Positions 51,694-64,000 of a stretch of DNA of 64,000 bases are shown in pieces (position 1 is the first letter of the stretch; each line of letters opens with the position of its first letter). Location: NCBI GenBank assembly GCA_010093815.1, contig ML996586.1. One strand, 5' to 3'. Made by a program: the position numbers and the translations under genes. This stretch comes from Pseudovirgaria hyperparasitica. Its lineage: Eukaryota. Under the pieces are notes generated by a model. The model saw only the letters and a program-made list of their open reading frames with translations, ran no database searches and was not told the origin of the DNA.

Positions 51694-52090
51694 AGAGACT
51701 CTGCCGCTGCCCCGGCAGGCGACTGAACACCGTAATGTGCACAGCATATATATAGAATAGTAGGTACGGCTTTGCTCATCATTAACCAAGATAGCTGCAC
51801 AGCTCATTTGGCAGATCGAGATAGTAGAGGCTATGTTTGAGTACGATTGCCCTTGATATGCCGCTTGAGCGCACTGATAAGAGTCTTACCTGTTCTGGAA
51901 GGACCCTGGTCCTAAACAGGCACTTTCTGCATCCGTAGAACTAGGAACGTACTGTAGTATTATACAGGACAGGATTTGCGTCGAAGTTCTTATCTCAAAC
52001 TCGCCTCCAAACACGGACCATGCCTCATCACCACAGCTGCGTCGCTTTACACCCTCAAAGCAGGCACTTGATTGAATCACATCTCTACAA

Positions 52091-52987
52091 ATGGCCAAAC
52101 TGCTACGACAACCCATCAAATTGGCACTGGTCCAACTAGCCACCACATCCGATAAGGCCCACAACCTCTCCCACGCACGTGTGAAGGTTCTCGAAGCTGT
52201 CAAACAACACAGCGCCAATATCATCGTTCTCCCCGAATGCTTCAATTCTCCCTATGGCGTAAAGTATTTCTCCAAATATGCCGAAACTCTTCTCCCATCG
52301 CCCCCCTCTGAGACTCAATCCCCGTCATACCACGCCCTATCCGCCCTGGCCAGGGAATCAAACGCATACATCATCGGCGGTAGCATCCCGGAGCGCGACC
52401 CAGAGACCGACGATCTGTACAATACGAGCTTGACTTTTAACCCCAAAGGTGAACTCCTAGCCACGCACCGCAAAGTACATCTTTTCGACATCGATATCCC
52501 TGGCAAGATCACGTTTCGTGAAAGCGAAGCGCTGACAGCCGGCAACAAGCTCACCCTCATTGACCTGCCTGAGTTCGGCAGGATCGCCGTCGCCATCTGC
52601 TACGACATCCGATTCCCAGAGATGGCCATGATCGCGGCGAGGAGCGGCGCGTTTCTGCTGCTGTACCCGGGTGCGTTCAACATGACGACGGGCGCATTGC
52701 ATTGGAGTCTGCAAGGCCGCGCAAGGGCGATGGACAATCAGGTTTATGTGGGGCTTTGTAGTCCGGCTAGGGATATGAATGCGGATTACAATGCCTGGGG
52801 GCATAGTATGATTGTCGATCCGAATGCGGAGGTGCTGGGCGAGTTGGATGAGACAGAGGGGATAATTGCAGCCGAATTGACTGGGGAACGGATTGAAGAG
52901 GTACGAAAGGGCGTTCCAGTATATGGACAGAGGCGATTCGATGTCTATCCAGATGTGAGTGAAGGAAAGATCAACATTGAAGAATAA
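52091..52987 (+). CDS. NIT3: Carbon-nitrogen hydrolase, omega-amidase type (Nit3/NIT2)
   Basis: Catalytic E-K-C triad in VLPECFNSPYG, HRKVHLFDIDIPGKITF and ICYDIRFPE; YPGAFNMTTG, RARAMDNQ, AWGHS; single exon. Confidence 0.9.
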   Translation: MAKLLRQPIKLALVQLATTSDKAHNLSHARVKVLEAVKQHSANIIVLPECFNSPYGVKYFSKYAETLLPSPPSETQSPSYHALSALARESNAYIIGGSIPERDPETDDLYNTSLTFNPKGELLATHRKVHLFDIDIPGKITFRESEALTAGNKLTLIDLPEFGRIAVAICYDIRFPEMAMIAARSGAFLLLYPGAFNMTTGALHWSLQGRARAMDNQVYVGLCSPARDMNADYNAWGHSMIVDPNAEVLGELDETEGIIAAELTGERIEEVRKGVPVYGQRRFDVYPDVSEGKINIEE

Positions 52988-54202
52988 AACGGCTACATGC
53001 AGGCTTGACAGGGACCTCGTCCTTCACCAGAGGTAACAAAGCAAAACTGCAACATGCACATCAGACGCATGGCCACTTCAATCTTTCCTGAAGTAGTCTT
53101 CGAGGCCTGGTCAATTTCCATAGGATGGATGAAATGCAGAGCAGGATACGCAGTCTCACATTAAGCAACCTTCAACCATCCGACTCTTCCTGATCCTCTA
53201 CCTTGCTCATTGTCACCCGCTTCAGCTCCAGATATAATTCGACCCGTCGTAACTGCACGACCTCTGCAGCTACCCAGGTCTGTGGTATGAGCCTTACGAT
53301 TCGATACTGACCTCTTTCATACTCCAGGCCACTTCAAAGTATGAATTACTACGGCTTGAAGGGGAACAGAAACCCGGGGCACGAGGAGGGAACCACCTGA
53401 ACGAGTGAGAGAGTGGCTGGGTTTATATGCCTGAGGCATGGACAGGGCAACATACAGCCTTGTTGCCTGACAGCCTCGCTGTCGCAAATGGCATGCCCAA
53501 GCATCGAGATCCATGATCCGTTGCACCCATACTAATATCCATGTCCCCTACACTTTGCCCTAATAGCATGCGCATTGCGATGGGATCAACCATGCTGGTG
53601 TACTTATACTCATCGCTGATTTGAAGCTTGTCTGCAGAAACCATCTACATACATCCATATCTCACCACCAGTAAGCTATCTATGGCGATTAATGCAGAGT
53701 ACCGGTAGCAGCCAGCCGCTTGTCACGCACATCTCCGTTTGGGAGATTGCAGCAAATACTCACTTCACTGCTTGCCTGCATACGTAGAGTTTGTATCTTC
53801 ACCGCAACAGACTATCACTTACTTGTTTGTCCTTCTCGTTTTGCACCACACTTCATGATATTAACTCTTTCGGATTGTGTCCATTTCCGCGAAGCCCGCT
53901 ACTTGCTACCCGCTGAGGTTCCCGCTGATACCTCGCTGAGACCCGCCGTGATACTTGGCCACTCTGGATCTAGCACGGCAAATCCATCCCATCGCGAATG
54001 CTGTGTCGCTGTCCTTCTTCAAGCCTCCTACTCCTCTCTTTTCCCATTTCCTTCTCATTCTCATCGCACGCAGGCGACATTCCGGAGCCTACGTGCCTTG
54101 TCCTCAACCTCCAGCCTCTCCCTTCGCCTCTCCCGTGTCGCCGCTCCCTAACCTCGCCGCTACGGACCCTTCCCACGCGTCATCGTCCAGCCGCCGGCCT
54201 CT

Positions 54203-57200
54203 ATGAACAATACCAGACCTATTCTTACCACACGACACAGCCATCCGTCTGACTTCCTGCCCACTATCGCTTCAGTTTCGTCCAATTCGAACTTGTCCGA
54301 CCTTGCCGTTGACGAAACCTCCTCCGTTGAATCTACTCCTTCGCCGACCTCCACAAGCGCGTCCGTTCTAGTTACTGAGAGGCCTCGTTCCTCATGGCTT
54401 TCCGATAAGAAGACCAGGAACGCTGGCACACTCGTTTCTCCTACACAGGGTCGCAACGCTTCCATTTGGTCAAGCCTCGCTGAAGGAAAGACTGCACGAC
54501 CCAAGAGGAAGTATTCGGTTACAGGGCCCAATTCCACCGAATCCCTGCCAGAGCCTGCCAGCCCTTCACCGTCCAAAAAACAACGTAGAGGTCTTTTACC
54601 CAGAGCTCCACCTATTCTCGACGACACTGTCTCGAACAGTCCAGAAAGCTGCCTTCGCCCTCCACCGTCTCCCCTATTCTTCTCCCACACGAAGCAAGAG
54701 AGACCGCAGCTACCTCCTCGATTCTCCAGCTCAGAGGCGGGTGCAAGAATGCTGAGCAAGGCGGGACGGGAGGATAGCTCTATAAAAACTGTCATCCTAG
54801 CTCGCGGTACCTTCGACGCTATTAGCCCTCATGGTTCCACAAGTGTCATGCAGAATCGAGCCTCAAGTGAGCGCTCAAGTATACCACCAGAGTCTGCAGA
54901 TAGGCATGATCCGCTACGGTTGCTTGGCTCAGTTGGCATAGTTGAGTTGCTGGAGCAAGATATCAGACCGACCTTCATCATTGATTTGGCCGGAGCATAC
55001 AACTATGGACCGAGTGCCTTGCATCCCGTCTTCACAAATTCATCCTTGCGAAGCGACAAGGCTCTCTATCATCGTTTGCTTGACATTAGATCTCGCGAGT
55101 CGTCTCCGATAGAGCCAATGCCTAAGTCGCTGTCACATTTCAAGGCCTGGATACTTGACGGTGTTGTTCAAGGCGAAGTGCTAGACGTGGCCCTTCCCCC
55201 TTTCGAGCATGCCGGCCACACGTGGTCTTGTACAACCATCAGAAAGCGACTTCGTATAGTGAGCGGTGCTCGCGAGGCTCCTCGAGTAACACGTGCAAGT
55301 TCACAATTGACGCTTCGAGCAAAATCTGCCTCAGCAGGATCAGACCCAGCATCATTCTTGGAAGACATTAGCCCAAGAAGTCCGGCATTACCGACAGTGT
55401 TGTCTTCGACTGAGAATGTTTTAGAGTCTCAGGATTATTTCGGGACCCCCGCGCCTCAACATACAGTTGGTGATGAGCTTCCAGATGCCGATGTAATCCT
55501 GCAGGACCATGTGGTGGAACCACCTTCGCTTGGTACCACTTGGCCAAGCCTTGAAAACAAAGTGAAGCATAACGACGTCTCATACAGTCTCGATACTCAT
55601 CCTTCTCTAACCAACGAGTGCGTTCTCCGAGCTTCTGTTGCAGGCGACGTTGACTGGTTTTCTAGGGCCCCAAGCCCTCACAAGGAACTTGGTGGGTTCT
55701 TTGACTGGACACGCCTACCTATAACAGATGCGTTACCTCGCCATATTAGATTCGCTCGTAGCGTGGATTGGGCCAGTACTAGCCTTGGCCCAATCGAGTA
55801 TTGGTCTTCAGACCTAAGGCAGATGTGTAACCTCATCATGGCAAGCCCACACCCTGCAGCCATGTATTGGGGTGATGACTTAATCGCGATATATAATGAA
55901 GCATACGTTCTGCTTGCAGGTCAGAAGCACCCAAAACTGATGGGTCAAAGTTACCGTGAAGCTTGGGCAGAAATCTGGGACGACGTTAAGGAACCGTTCG
56001 CAGAGGCGAAACTGACTGGCCAAGCGACCATGAAGGTATTTTAATTCGCGCTGTATAAAAGGGATGTCTTAAAATGCTGATTCGTTCAGGACGATGATTG
56101 TCTCTTCATTAAGCGCTTCGATTGGCTTGAGGAGACGTACTTCTCGTGGTCCATCATACCAATGGTTGGCGGTGATGGCAGTGTAATGGGTTTATATAAT
56201 CCTGCATTCGAGAAAACAAGACGAAAAATCGCTGAAAGGCGCATGCTTACACTACGGGAGGTTGGTGAAAGGACAGCTGCGGCGCGAGATGTAAAAGGCT
56301 TCTGGCAGCAAGTTCTGACCGCGCTGGCAACTAACGATCACGACACTCCATTCGTAATGTTGTATTCTGTGTTCGACGAGAATGACAGTGATTCAGCTTC
56401 GATGCACTCCGCTAGTCTCATAAGCACCAAACAATGCATGCTTGAGGGTGCACTTGGTGTACCTGAAGGTCACCAATCTGCGCCTGCTTTAGTGGAACTG
56501 AAGACTTCCTCAGAAGGGTTTGCGCCGATTTTTCGTGAAGTCATGAAGACAGACAAGCCTGTGCAGCTCAAAGTCGGCAAAGACATTGCTCTAGACATGA
56601 TTACAGGCATCGAGTGGAGGGGATTCGGCGATCCTTATCGTGAGGTAATTGTATGCCCGATTCACCCCACAACTGGAGATACCGTATTGGGGTTCCTTGT
56701 TATGGGCGTCAATCCGCGACGTCCTTATGATGATGATTACAGTCTCTTTGTGCAACTTCTCAGCCGCCAACTAGCGACCTCTCTAGCTTCGGTGGTGTTG
56801 TTCGAAGAGGAGATCAGACGGGGCCAAAAAGCCGCTAAATTGGCTGCTCTCGACCGCATGGAACTATCAGAGCAACTGCGTGATAGCGAAACGCGATTCA
56901 CTCGAATGGCTGAGTTTTCTCCTGCCGGGCTATTCATTGCTGATTCAGCAGGTCATATCAATTACTGCAATGATACGTGGTATGAGGTTTCAAGAGTGCC
57001 GAGAGACGTCACAAGTACAGATCGCTGGATAGAGGCAATCAGAGAAGACGACCAGGAAAAAGTCCGGGCGACTTGGGCCAAAGTCGTGGAAGAGAAGGAG
57101 GTAGTGCGGTGTGAATTTCGTTTCAAGACACCCTGGGTCGCTGAAGGTGGAGAGCGCAGTGACACATGGGTGTTATTCAGTGCGTATCCGGAGACGGACG

Positions 57201-58859
57201 TGCTGGGCGAACTCAAGAGTGTTTTTGGCAGCATTACCGACATAAGCTCTCAGAAATGGGCCGAAGGTCTTCAAAGACGGAAGATGGAGGAGGCTGTTGA
57301 ACTGAAACGGCAACAGGAGAATTTCATCGACATCACGAGTCATGAAATGAGGAACCCTCTCAGTGCTATATTGCAGTGCGCCGACGAAATATCAACCTCC
57401 TTGACCGACTTCCGAAGTAGTGAGGCCCGGACGATTGACGATAAGCTCGTCAGCGGTAGCATTGATGCAGCCCAGACTATCGCGCTGTGTGCGCTACATC
57501 AAAAAAGAATTGTTGACGATGTTTTGACCCTATCAAAGCTTGATTCAGCTATGTTACAGGTTACTCCGGTGGACGTGCAGCCTCTGACCGTCGTCCAGCG
57601 AGCCTTGAAGATGTTTGAGGGTGAAGTTGCTACAGCTGACATCAACCTGACATTCAACGTCGATGAATCGTATGAGCAGCAGCACATCGACTGGGTTAAA
57701 CTAGATCCTTCAAGAGTTCTTCAAGTCCTCATCAACCTCACGACGAACGCCATAAAGTTTACGACTACAGAGAAGAAGAGGACTATTACTGTCGGAATCG
57801 CTGCTTTTAATGAACGACCATCCAAGGCCGGGAACGCTATCGTCAAATACTTTCCGCCCCGGGGGAATATGAAGGCTCAGATGGAGGCAATCGACTATGG
57901 GCATGGTGACGTTGTCTATTTGCAATTTTCTGTTCAGGACACAGGTCGCGGTCTGAATGACGAAGAGAAGAAGCTACTCTTCCTGAGATTTTCGCAAGCT
58001 AGCCCAAGAACGCATGTACAATATGGTGGCTCTGGCCTCGGCCTCTTCATTTCGCGTGAGTTGACTGAACTTCAAGGTGGCGAGATTGGAGTGGCATCTG
58101 AGGCTGGCAAGGGAAGCACATTTGCATTTTACGTTAAATGTAGGAAGTCAGAGGCTCCAGAGCATCCCTTGGACCAGCTACCAGTAACCATCGGGCGACA
58201 TGGCTCCGCGTTCTCCGCTTCCGAGGCAAAATTCGGCATTGGCAAACGGGAAGGCGCAACGAAAGCAAGAGATTTCGCAGTCGGGCCTGAAAAAGAAAAG
58301 TCACCTGCAGTCACAGCCACTAAGGACAGGAAGCATATAAACGTGCTGATCGTTGAAGACAATCTAGGTAAGTTGCCATACAGACATGCACATCACAGGG
58401 TCCAGCTAATGAGCATGCAGTAAATCAACGTGTCCTGCAAAAACAACTTACCAATGTGGGATTCAAGGTGACGGTTGCGAACCACGGAGGTGAGGCTTTG
58501 GATGCTCTTCAAAGTAGTAAGATATGGCATAAGCCGCCTTTGGGTGCGAAAGAGTTGCACGTCGTACTTATGGACCAAGAAATGCCCGTCATGGATGGCC
58601 TTCAGGCTACGAAAAAGATACGTCAATGGGAAGGCGAGGGCCAAGTTGTGCGTCACATACCCATTATCGCTGTCACTGCAAACGCGCGTCCTGCTCAGAT
58701 CCAGACACTCATGGATGTTGGCATGGTGAGTAATTCATATTTATCTCGAGGTACTTCCAGCTGATATGACCTTAGGACAACGTTGTTTCGAAACCATTCC
58801 GTATACCTGATCTTGTCCCAACGATAGAGGAGCTCTTCGATAAACATTTCGAGACCTGA
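54203..58859 (+). CDS. Hybrid sensor histidine kinase (PAS/GAF-like sensors, HisKA, HATPase, receiver)
   Basis: DWASTSLGPIEYW, PAS region, H-box FIDITSHEMRNPLSAI, N-box QVLINLTTNAIKF, DTGRG, FSQA..GGSGLGL, receiver VEDN..LMDQEMPVMDG..TANAR..SKPF; three introns. Confidence 0.95.
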
Positions 58860-59672
58860 GCTGGCACTCACCTGTAACATATTTACACACACCCAATAGG
58901 CATCACGTCACCCACGATGCATACGGTCTCCCCTACCCGGCTTGCCTCGGACCTCTGCTGCGTGTGATGCATCACATCGACTTTGTGTAACTCCTCACGC
59001 GCCAGCACCACCGATCCTCAGGCTTAATTCTCCGTTTCACTGACAGAATATATCAAAAGATATATCACATGTCGTTTGCGTGTGCAAAGTCTCTCCCATC
59101 TGGCTGGGATTATTATACACGGTACCATAGATCACATTGATGAAGTGGCATATCGGAGTTAGAGGAGGCTCTAGGAAAAGCGGATTCCTACCTATTACCA
59201 CAATATGTACAATGGTATTGTGACTGTATATAGTGCGTCTGTGGGCGCCTTTACATAATTCTCCAGATCCGTAAAGGGGAGAAGGTACAGCAGAGAATGC
59301 ATATATACCTACTGGAGGGGCGTCGTCTCGACAGCTATAAAGTCATTGAGACGTTCAATCCAAATTATGGATCAGGCAAAATATCAGGCAACCTTCCGGC
59401 TCATAGCTATCGTAGGACTAAGTTAGCTCAACAAGTCCGGCCTACGTTATCCGGTTTGTTCTCGGCCAATTGGCTAATTGAATTGATTTCATGCAGTTCT
59501 CATCATGTCAAGCCTCTGTACCACCCGGTCTCTGTCTACATCCTCACACACGTACGTACGCACATACAAACACGAGTACTCCCATCTCGTGGAGTACAGA
59601 CAATCCTTCGAATTACACACTTCTTCAATATTTATAGTCGTTTCCATAGGGCTGCCATCTCATCACAACGTC

Positions 59673-61278
59673 ATGGTTGGCGTCGGCGGACGTTCTAAGG
59701 CCTGCGCCAATTGCTATCGTCGACGCATCAAATGCGACGAGACTAAGCCAGAGTGTCAGAGGTGCATCAAGGCAGACCTCAAATGTGAAGGTCCACGTGA
59801 AACAACCTTTATTCAGTACGATAACCGGGGGAAAGGCCGCAAGCAAATTAGAGTCACCAGATCTACTGAAACCTTAACAGCGCTACCAACGGCCAGAGAT
59901 ATATCTTGCGCCGGCGAGGGGGAGAATTATGCGCTCGTTTGGAGACCTCGGAATAATGAGGCTGTCTATAAACCTGGTTCGAAGCACCCCGCTGGCTCTG
60001 CGTTCTCTTTGTCCATGTTGGAATTTCACCCAGGCCTCGGACTGCTGCCTCCGACCGACGATATCTATGAATGCTACACGAGGTTGAACCTGCTACAGGG
60101 CCAAACACACGAGCCACTGGTAGCTTCGGGCTTCAATCGTAGCCTCTTGAAAAAGTGCTTCAACGCCCTCGCGACTACCTATTTTGGTGCTAAACACCGG
60201 CAGGAAAAGCTGGTAAGTCACGGGCTGCAGCGCTACGGTAGCGCTCTGAGGGATCTGAACGAAGCTCTGGGTGACAACGAGAAGAGGTCTAGATATGATG
60301 TACTCGAGTCTGTACTGGTGTTGACCATATTTGAGGTGTGATTGATCTAATTGAGCTGGCTACTCATGCACGTACTGATCTTCCGTCTCGCAGTTCTTCA
60401 GTTCTCACAAAGAAGATGGCTGGATCAGCCATTCGTGTGGACTTGAGCGACTAATGGAAGTTCGAGGCGCGGAGTCCTTTGCAAAGATGCCAGAACTTGT
60501 CGTATTGGAGTGTTCCAGACCAGCTATGGTGATGGCCGCACTTGCCATACGAAAGCCCTCTATGTTTGCCAGGCCTGAGTGGAAGACAGTGCCGTGGAAA
60601 TCCTATCCTGAGAGGAGAGACATAGTTCATGACCTTATCGAGCACCTTGCCGATGTCACATTATTATACACAATGAAGGACAGTTTGAATGAAACCTTCT
60701 TTCAGATCCATGGTCTCGAAAGGTTCAACACGCTCATACAACAGACTCTAACAGTGCTAGCGCAGTTCAAAGCTTGGAAATGTCGATGGGATGAACTCCA
60801 TCCAGACTGCTTTTTCGAAATCGAGGATTCAACACCTTCTCCAACCGTACTCAATATATATGGCGACCCAGTACCGGCATGGAGAACACTCACCAGATAC
60901 ACGACCTTGTATCATGCCAACTGTCTAGGCATGTACAACGCAAGCCTCATCGTGGTGCTGAAGTTCTATCAGGAACTCCTTGTTCTAGATCCTTCGCGTC
61001 CACATTCAGTACCAGACTTCCAAGATCAGCTATTTGATACCGGAATTGCTATTTGTAGGAGCGTCGACTACCATCTTGAGGAAGACAAGATCGGAGCAGG
61101 TAGCTTTTATCTCCTATTTCCACTTCGAATGGCCTGGGATGCCGTCGGCCGAGAGCACCCAGATATATCGCTGTGGCTGAAATCCACACTGGCCAAGATA
61201 CAGGTCGGTTCCGCTGGTCATTGGGGTATGGCCGAGTATCTGCTCGAGGTTGGGAACAGGACGAGTTCATCGACTTGA
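59673..61278 (+). CDS. Zn(II)2Cys6 transcription factor
   Basis: MVGVGGRSKACANCYRRRIKCDETKPECQRCIKADLKC; middle region YGSALRDL..LTIFE-W..H..GLERLMEVRG; ICRSVDY..LLFPLRMA; one intron (~60336-60393). An upstream in-frame ATG exists at 59505. Confidence 0.93.
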
Positions 61279-61299
61279 TGCCTGCTTCTGTAACTTATT

Positions 61300-62616
61300 T
61301 CAAGTATCGAGGTTCTCGATGACAATGTATTCGAGCCTACCCACCTCCTCTGCTACTCTTTCATTTTCCTTATGCCGGTACCATTCACTAGTGGACATCT
61401 GTTGGTTCAACTCAGGTTGATTCTCGACAGGCAACAACTTGCTCGAATACTCTATCGATATGACAGCCTCCGGGTCCTCCATCTACTGTGTTTCAGGAAC
61501 CCCTGTTGTTTCAACATCTGGAATAACACTCCCTGGTCGAATATTGCTGACACTTGTGATGGTGTCCGGTTCGAATTCAGCGTCCTGATCAGAGGATTCA
61601 AAGCCAGAGTCGGAGCCAGAATCATTGTATACACCAGCTATGCCTGAGTCATTTCGACTGTAGGGCTTCGCAGCAAGAGCCTTGAGATTCTTTGTCTCAA
61701 TTTCAGTGTGATCCATCTCTTGCTCCATCATGTGTGATCCAATTCGCTCTGCGGCGATGGCATCCAGCAATGAGCGGTCTTGGTTTGGTGGCGCCACTTC
61801 CAGCGTTAATTCAGCAATGTACTCGCCCAGTGCAGACATCCGGCGATCTCGCAAGGACTTATAAATTGATTCATCGTCAATGGGTCTATTTGGTGGATCC
61901 GGTCAGCCTCATGGATACATGTGGTTGTATCGCGATACCTACGATAGGGGGTCCCGTTCTGCTGGAACACCAATAATGCTCACAATATCATCGTCGGTCA
62001 GGATTCTCATCTGCAGACCCCTCGGTCTCAGGAACGACTTGTTGACATGATCGACAAAACGCCTGCCTCGTACTGTAAGGAGAGCAGTGTCACCTATCTC
62101 AGTGCCAATTTGTGAACCTAGACCAGCAAACTGTGCCCAATGGTACGGCATTCCAAGGGCTATGACGCCCTCTTCTGCCATCTGTGAAGGCGGATGTGTA
62201 GCCTGGACGATGCTGAGCTGATCGATGAGCCTCAAGAAGTCCGTCTCATGAACATCATGATTCCGCAAGACGTAGCTATAGGCACGAACGAACGGCAGAG
62301 GAGTCTGGGTGGCTACATTTGGCGCCATACGGGGTATGACGACTGGTTTCTACGCGATCTGTTCAGTATGTAGAGCAATAATCTCCTTGTCAATCTGCAA
62401 GGCAGCATCACAGACCTCGAGGCGCGCATCCGCTACGGATGGGTCGACCGGGTGGATTGGGATCCATCGCAGACTCCGTAATAGTACCAAGTCCTCGCAT
62501 TCGTCGCGTTGCGACACGAAGCTCCGTTTTATACCATATTGCTCCTCCTGTGCTCGCTTGATCGGATAGTCCCACGGCATAATGGGCACCGTACAGCCCA
62601 TGTGAAGGTAGAGCAT
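61300..62616 (-). pseudogene. Fungal hypothetical protein (resembles the BuaE-like family) interrupted by two in-frame TAG codons
   Basis: One continuous frame after splicing a canonical intron (GTAGGT..GCTGAC..ATAG, ~61886-61942): ..EQIA*KPVVIPR..PFVRAYSYVL..DFLRLIDQL..NKSFLRPRGL..RRMSALGEYIAEL..ETQ*MED..LEYIVIENL. Stops at 62350-62352 and 61483-61485. Family and start codon are tentative. Confidence 0.6.
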
Positions 62617-63918
62617 CGCCTCGAACGACACAGCAGCGAAAACTGAAGAAACGGAGATAACGATAGGGGAAAATAATTCGAGTATCAAAGTATCAATTGC
62701 AGGACTACAAAACGATAGTGAAGGATTCTCGCTGCCAGCTCCTCCTAGCTATATCACAAGACTCGAGGATCGATACAAGGTATATATATATTACCTTAAT
62801 GCACTACCTCTACATCACAACGCTAGCAAACTAATGACGCAGTATTGGACTATGCGCTCGCTCTTGACGTAAATACTTACTCTGCCCCCCCCAAATACAC
62901 AAACATGCACTTCAGACGTCGATTGCTTAGTTCGAACCAGCACAGTAGCCCACTCTATGTCCCATGCACGCTGCGGAAGATGTCGTACACGGGCGCCAAA
63001 CTAGTCACAACGCTGTAGCTGGCCTCCACTCACTGAATAGCGGCTAGACTATAGTCGGTATATTCCACGAACGGGCTAATGCGATAGTGCGTCGTTGCAT
63101 GTTGCTCACTAAGATGCAAAAGATGAATACGTGAATGGTGGCTGCTTGCGCCTCGCGCCGGAAAACCCATGGGTCACTAGTCTCGAATAATACACGTATA
63201 TATTCATGCGCGGATGTTCAGGTTGTTTGAAACGATCAGCGTCTCACCGGTTTTCAATGGTATGTTAGACAGTGGGTTCAGAACAGAAAAGCATTCGAAT
63301 ATACATAGATGACTTCGCGGCGCAGCGCAGCCAATAGCATGCTTAAGTGCGCTACCCACATCGAGCATTCCGCCCCCATATGCCGCTTGAAAGGATAGCC
63401 GTATAAGCAATAATATGGGAGCTAAGCCCAGACATACTCTACTATATCTATTATACCAGACAGACCGCGGTGTGACATATCGGTATCAGCGTCGTGAGGA
63501 CGTATCTACAAGTTCAGCACCGCTTTTAGAAGAACAAGGAATCCTGTAGCAAAACGCCTTTGATCAGATCACACAGCGCCGAAAATCAAGCTTGATCAAT
63601 TTGCATTTCGCGGGAGCAATCATGATAATAATAACAGCAATAGTAAATCCTGCAGTCTGACATGTGTCGTGAGCAGGGGTTTACCGCTAGCGTGTATGCT
63701 ATGCTCGATCGGGTGCATTTCTCGAATTGGGGGCTAGAACAAACTAGGTATCCCGATCATACGAGAACAGGTGATGAAAGCATGTCGAGCATGTCGGTCG
63801 AGGGTGAGCATATCAGGATCGAGGACGGAGATAGCGGTCCACTAATTAGAGCTTCAAAGGTATGCTTGGTTGGCAAAAGATCAAATTGAGTGGGTTGAGA
63901 AAAAAATGCAAAAGAGAC

Positions 63919-64000
63919 GGGCTCCACCGCGATTCGAACGCGGGGCCTCCTGCAAGCTTGAGCGAACCCAAAGCAGGAATCATACCACTAGACCATGAAG
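63919..64000 (-). tRNA. tRNA-Pro(TGG) with 12-nt intron; first ~2 nt lie beyond the window end
   Basis: Minus strand: (GG)CTTCA TG GTCTAGTGGTATGATT CCTGC TT TGG G [TTCGCTCAAGCT] T GCAGG AGGCC CCGCG TTCGAAT CGCGG TGGAGCC C. A and B boxes present; downstream T-runs fit a Pol III terminator. Confidence 0.95.

Noticed and set aside
47095..62616. GT2 + SDR + nitrilase + kinase + Zn2Cys6 + BuaE-like genes as a biosynthetic cluster
   Set aside because: No PKS, NRPS, terpene or RiPP core gene; SDR, amidase and kinase have standard primary roles.
1..64000. CRISPR array, rRNA, prokaryotic operon or defence system
   Set aside because: Sequence is fungal with spliceosomal introns; no repeat-spacer array or rRNA motifs seen.

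Overview
Eukaryotic, intron-containing DNA from a filamentous ascomycete (Pezizomycotina, plausibly a Dothideomycete), judged from short GT..CTRAY..YAG introns, a Zn2Cys6 factor, a HET gene and a PTH11-like gene. It holds about 22 intact protein genes. Many are conserved core genes: MPP-beta, SDH4, lipin, AcrB, TinA, U5-40K, BET3, SOM1, ROK1, ATP20, NIT3-like amidase and a hybrid histidine kinase. These are interleaved with accessory genes: PTH11-like receptor, small Cys-rich secreted protein, M43 metalloprotease, Cys-rich single-pass protein, HET protein, Cps1-like GT2 and L-rhamnose dehydrogenase. There is also an oxalate decarboxylase pseudogene fragment, a gene interrupted by two in-frame TAG codons, and an intron-containing tRNA-Pro(TGG) cut by the window end. 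I found no CRISPR array, rRNA, intact transposon or secondary-metabolite core gene, and no convincing novel multi-gene system. The best leads are the double-TAG gene and several cis-regulatory motifs that fit the adjacent gene. All calls come from reading translations and recalling family motifs; no searches were run. Multi-exon genes are given as start-to-stop spans.
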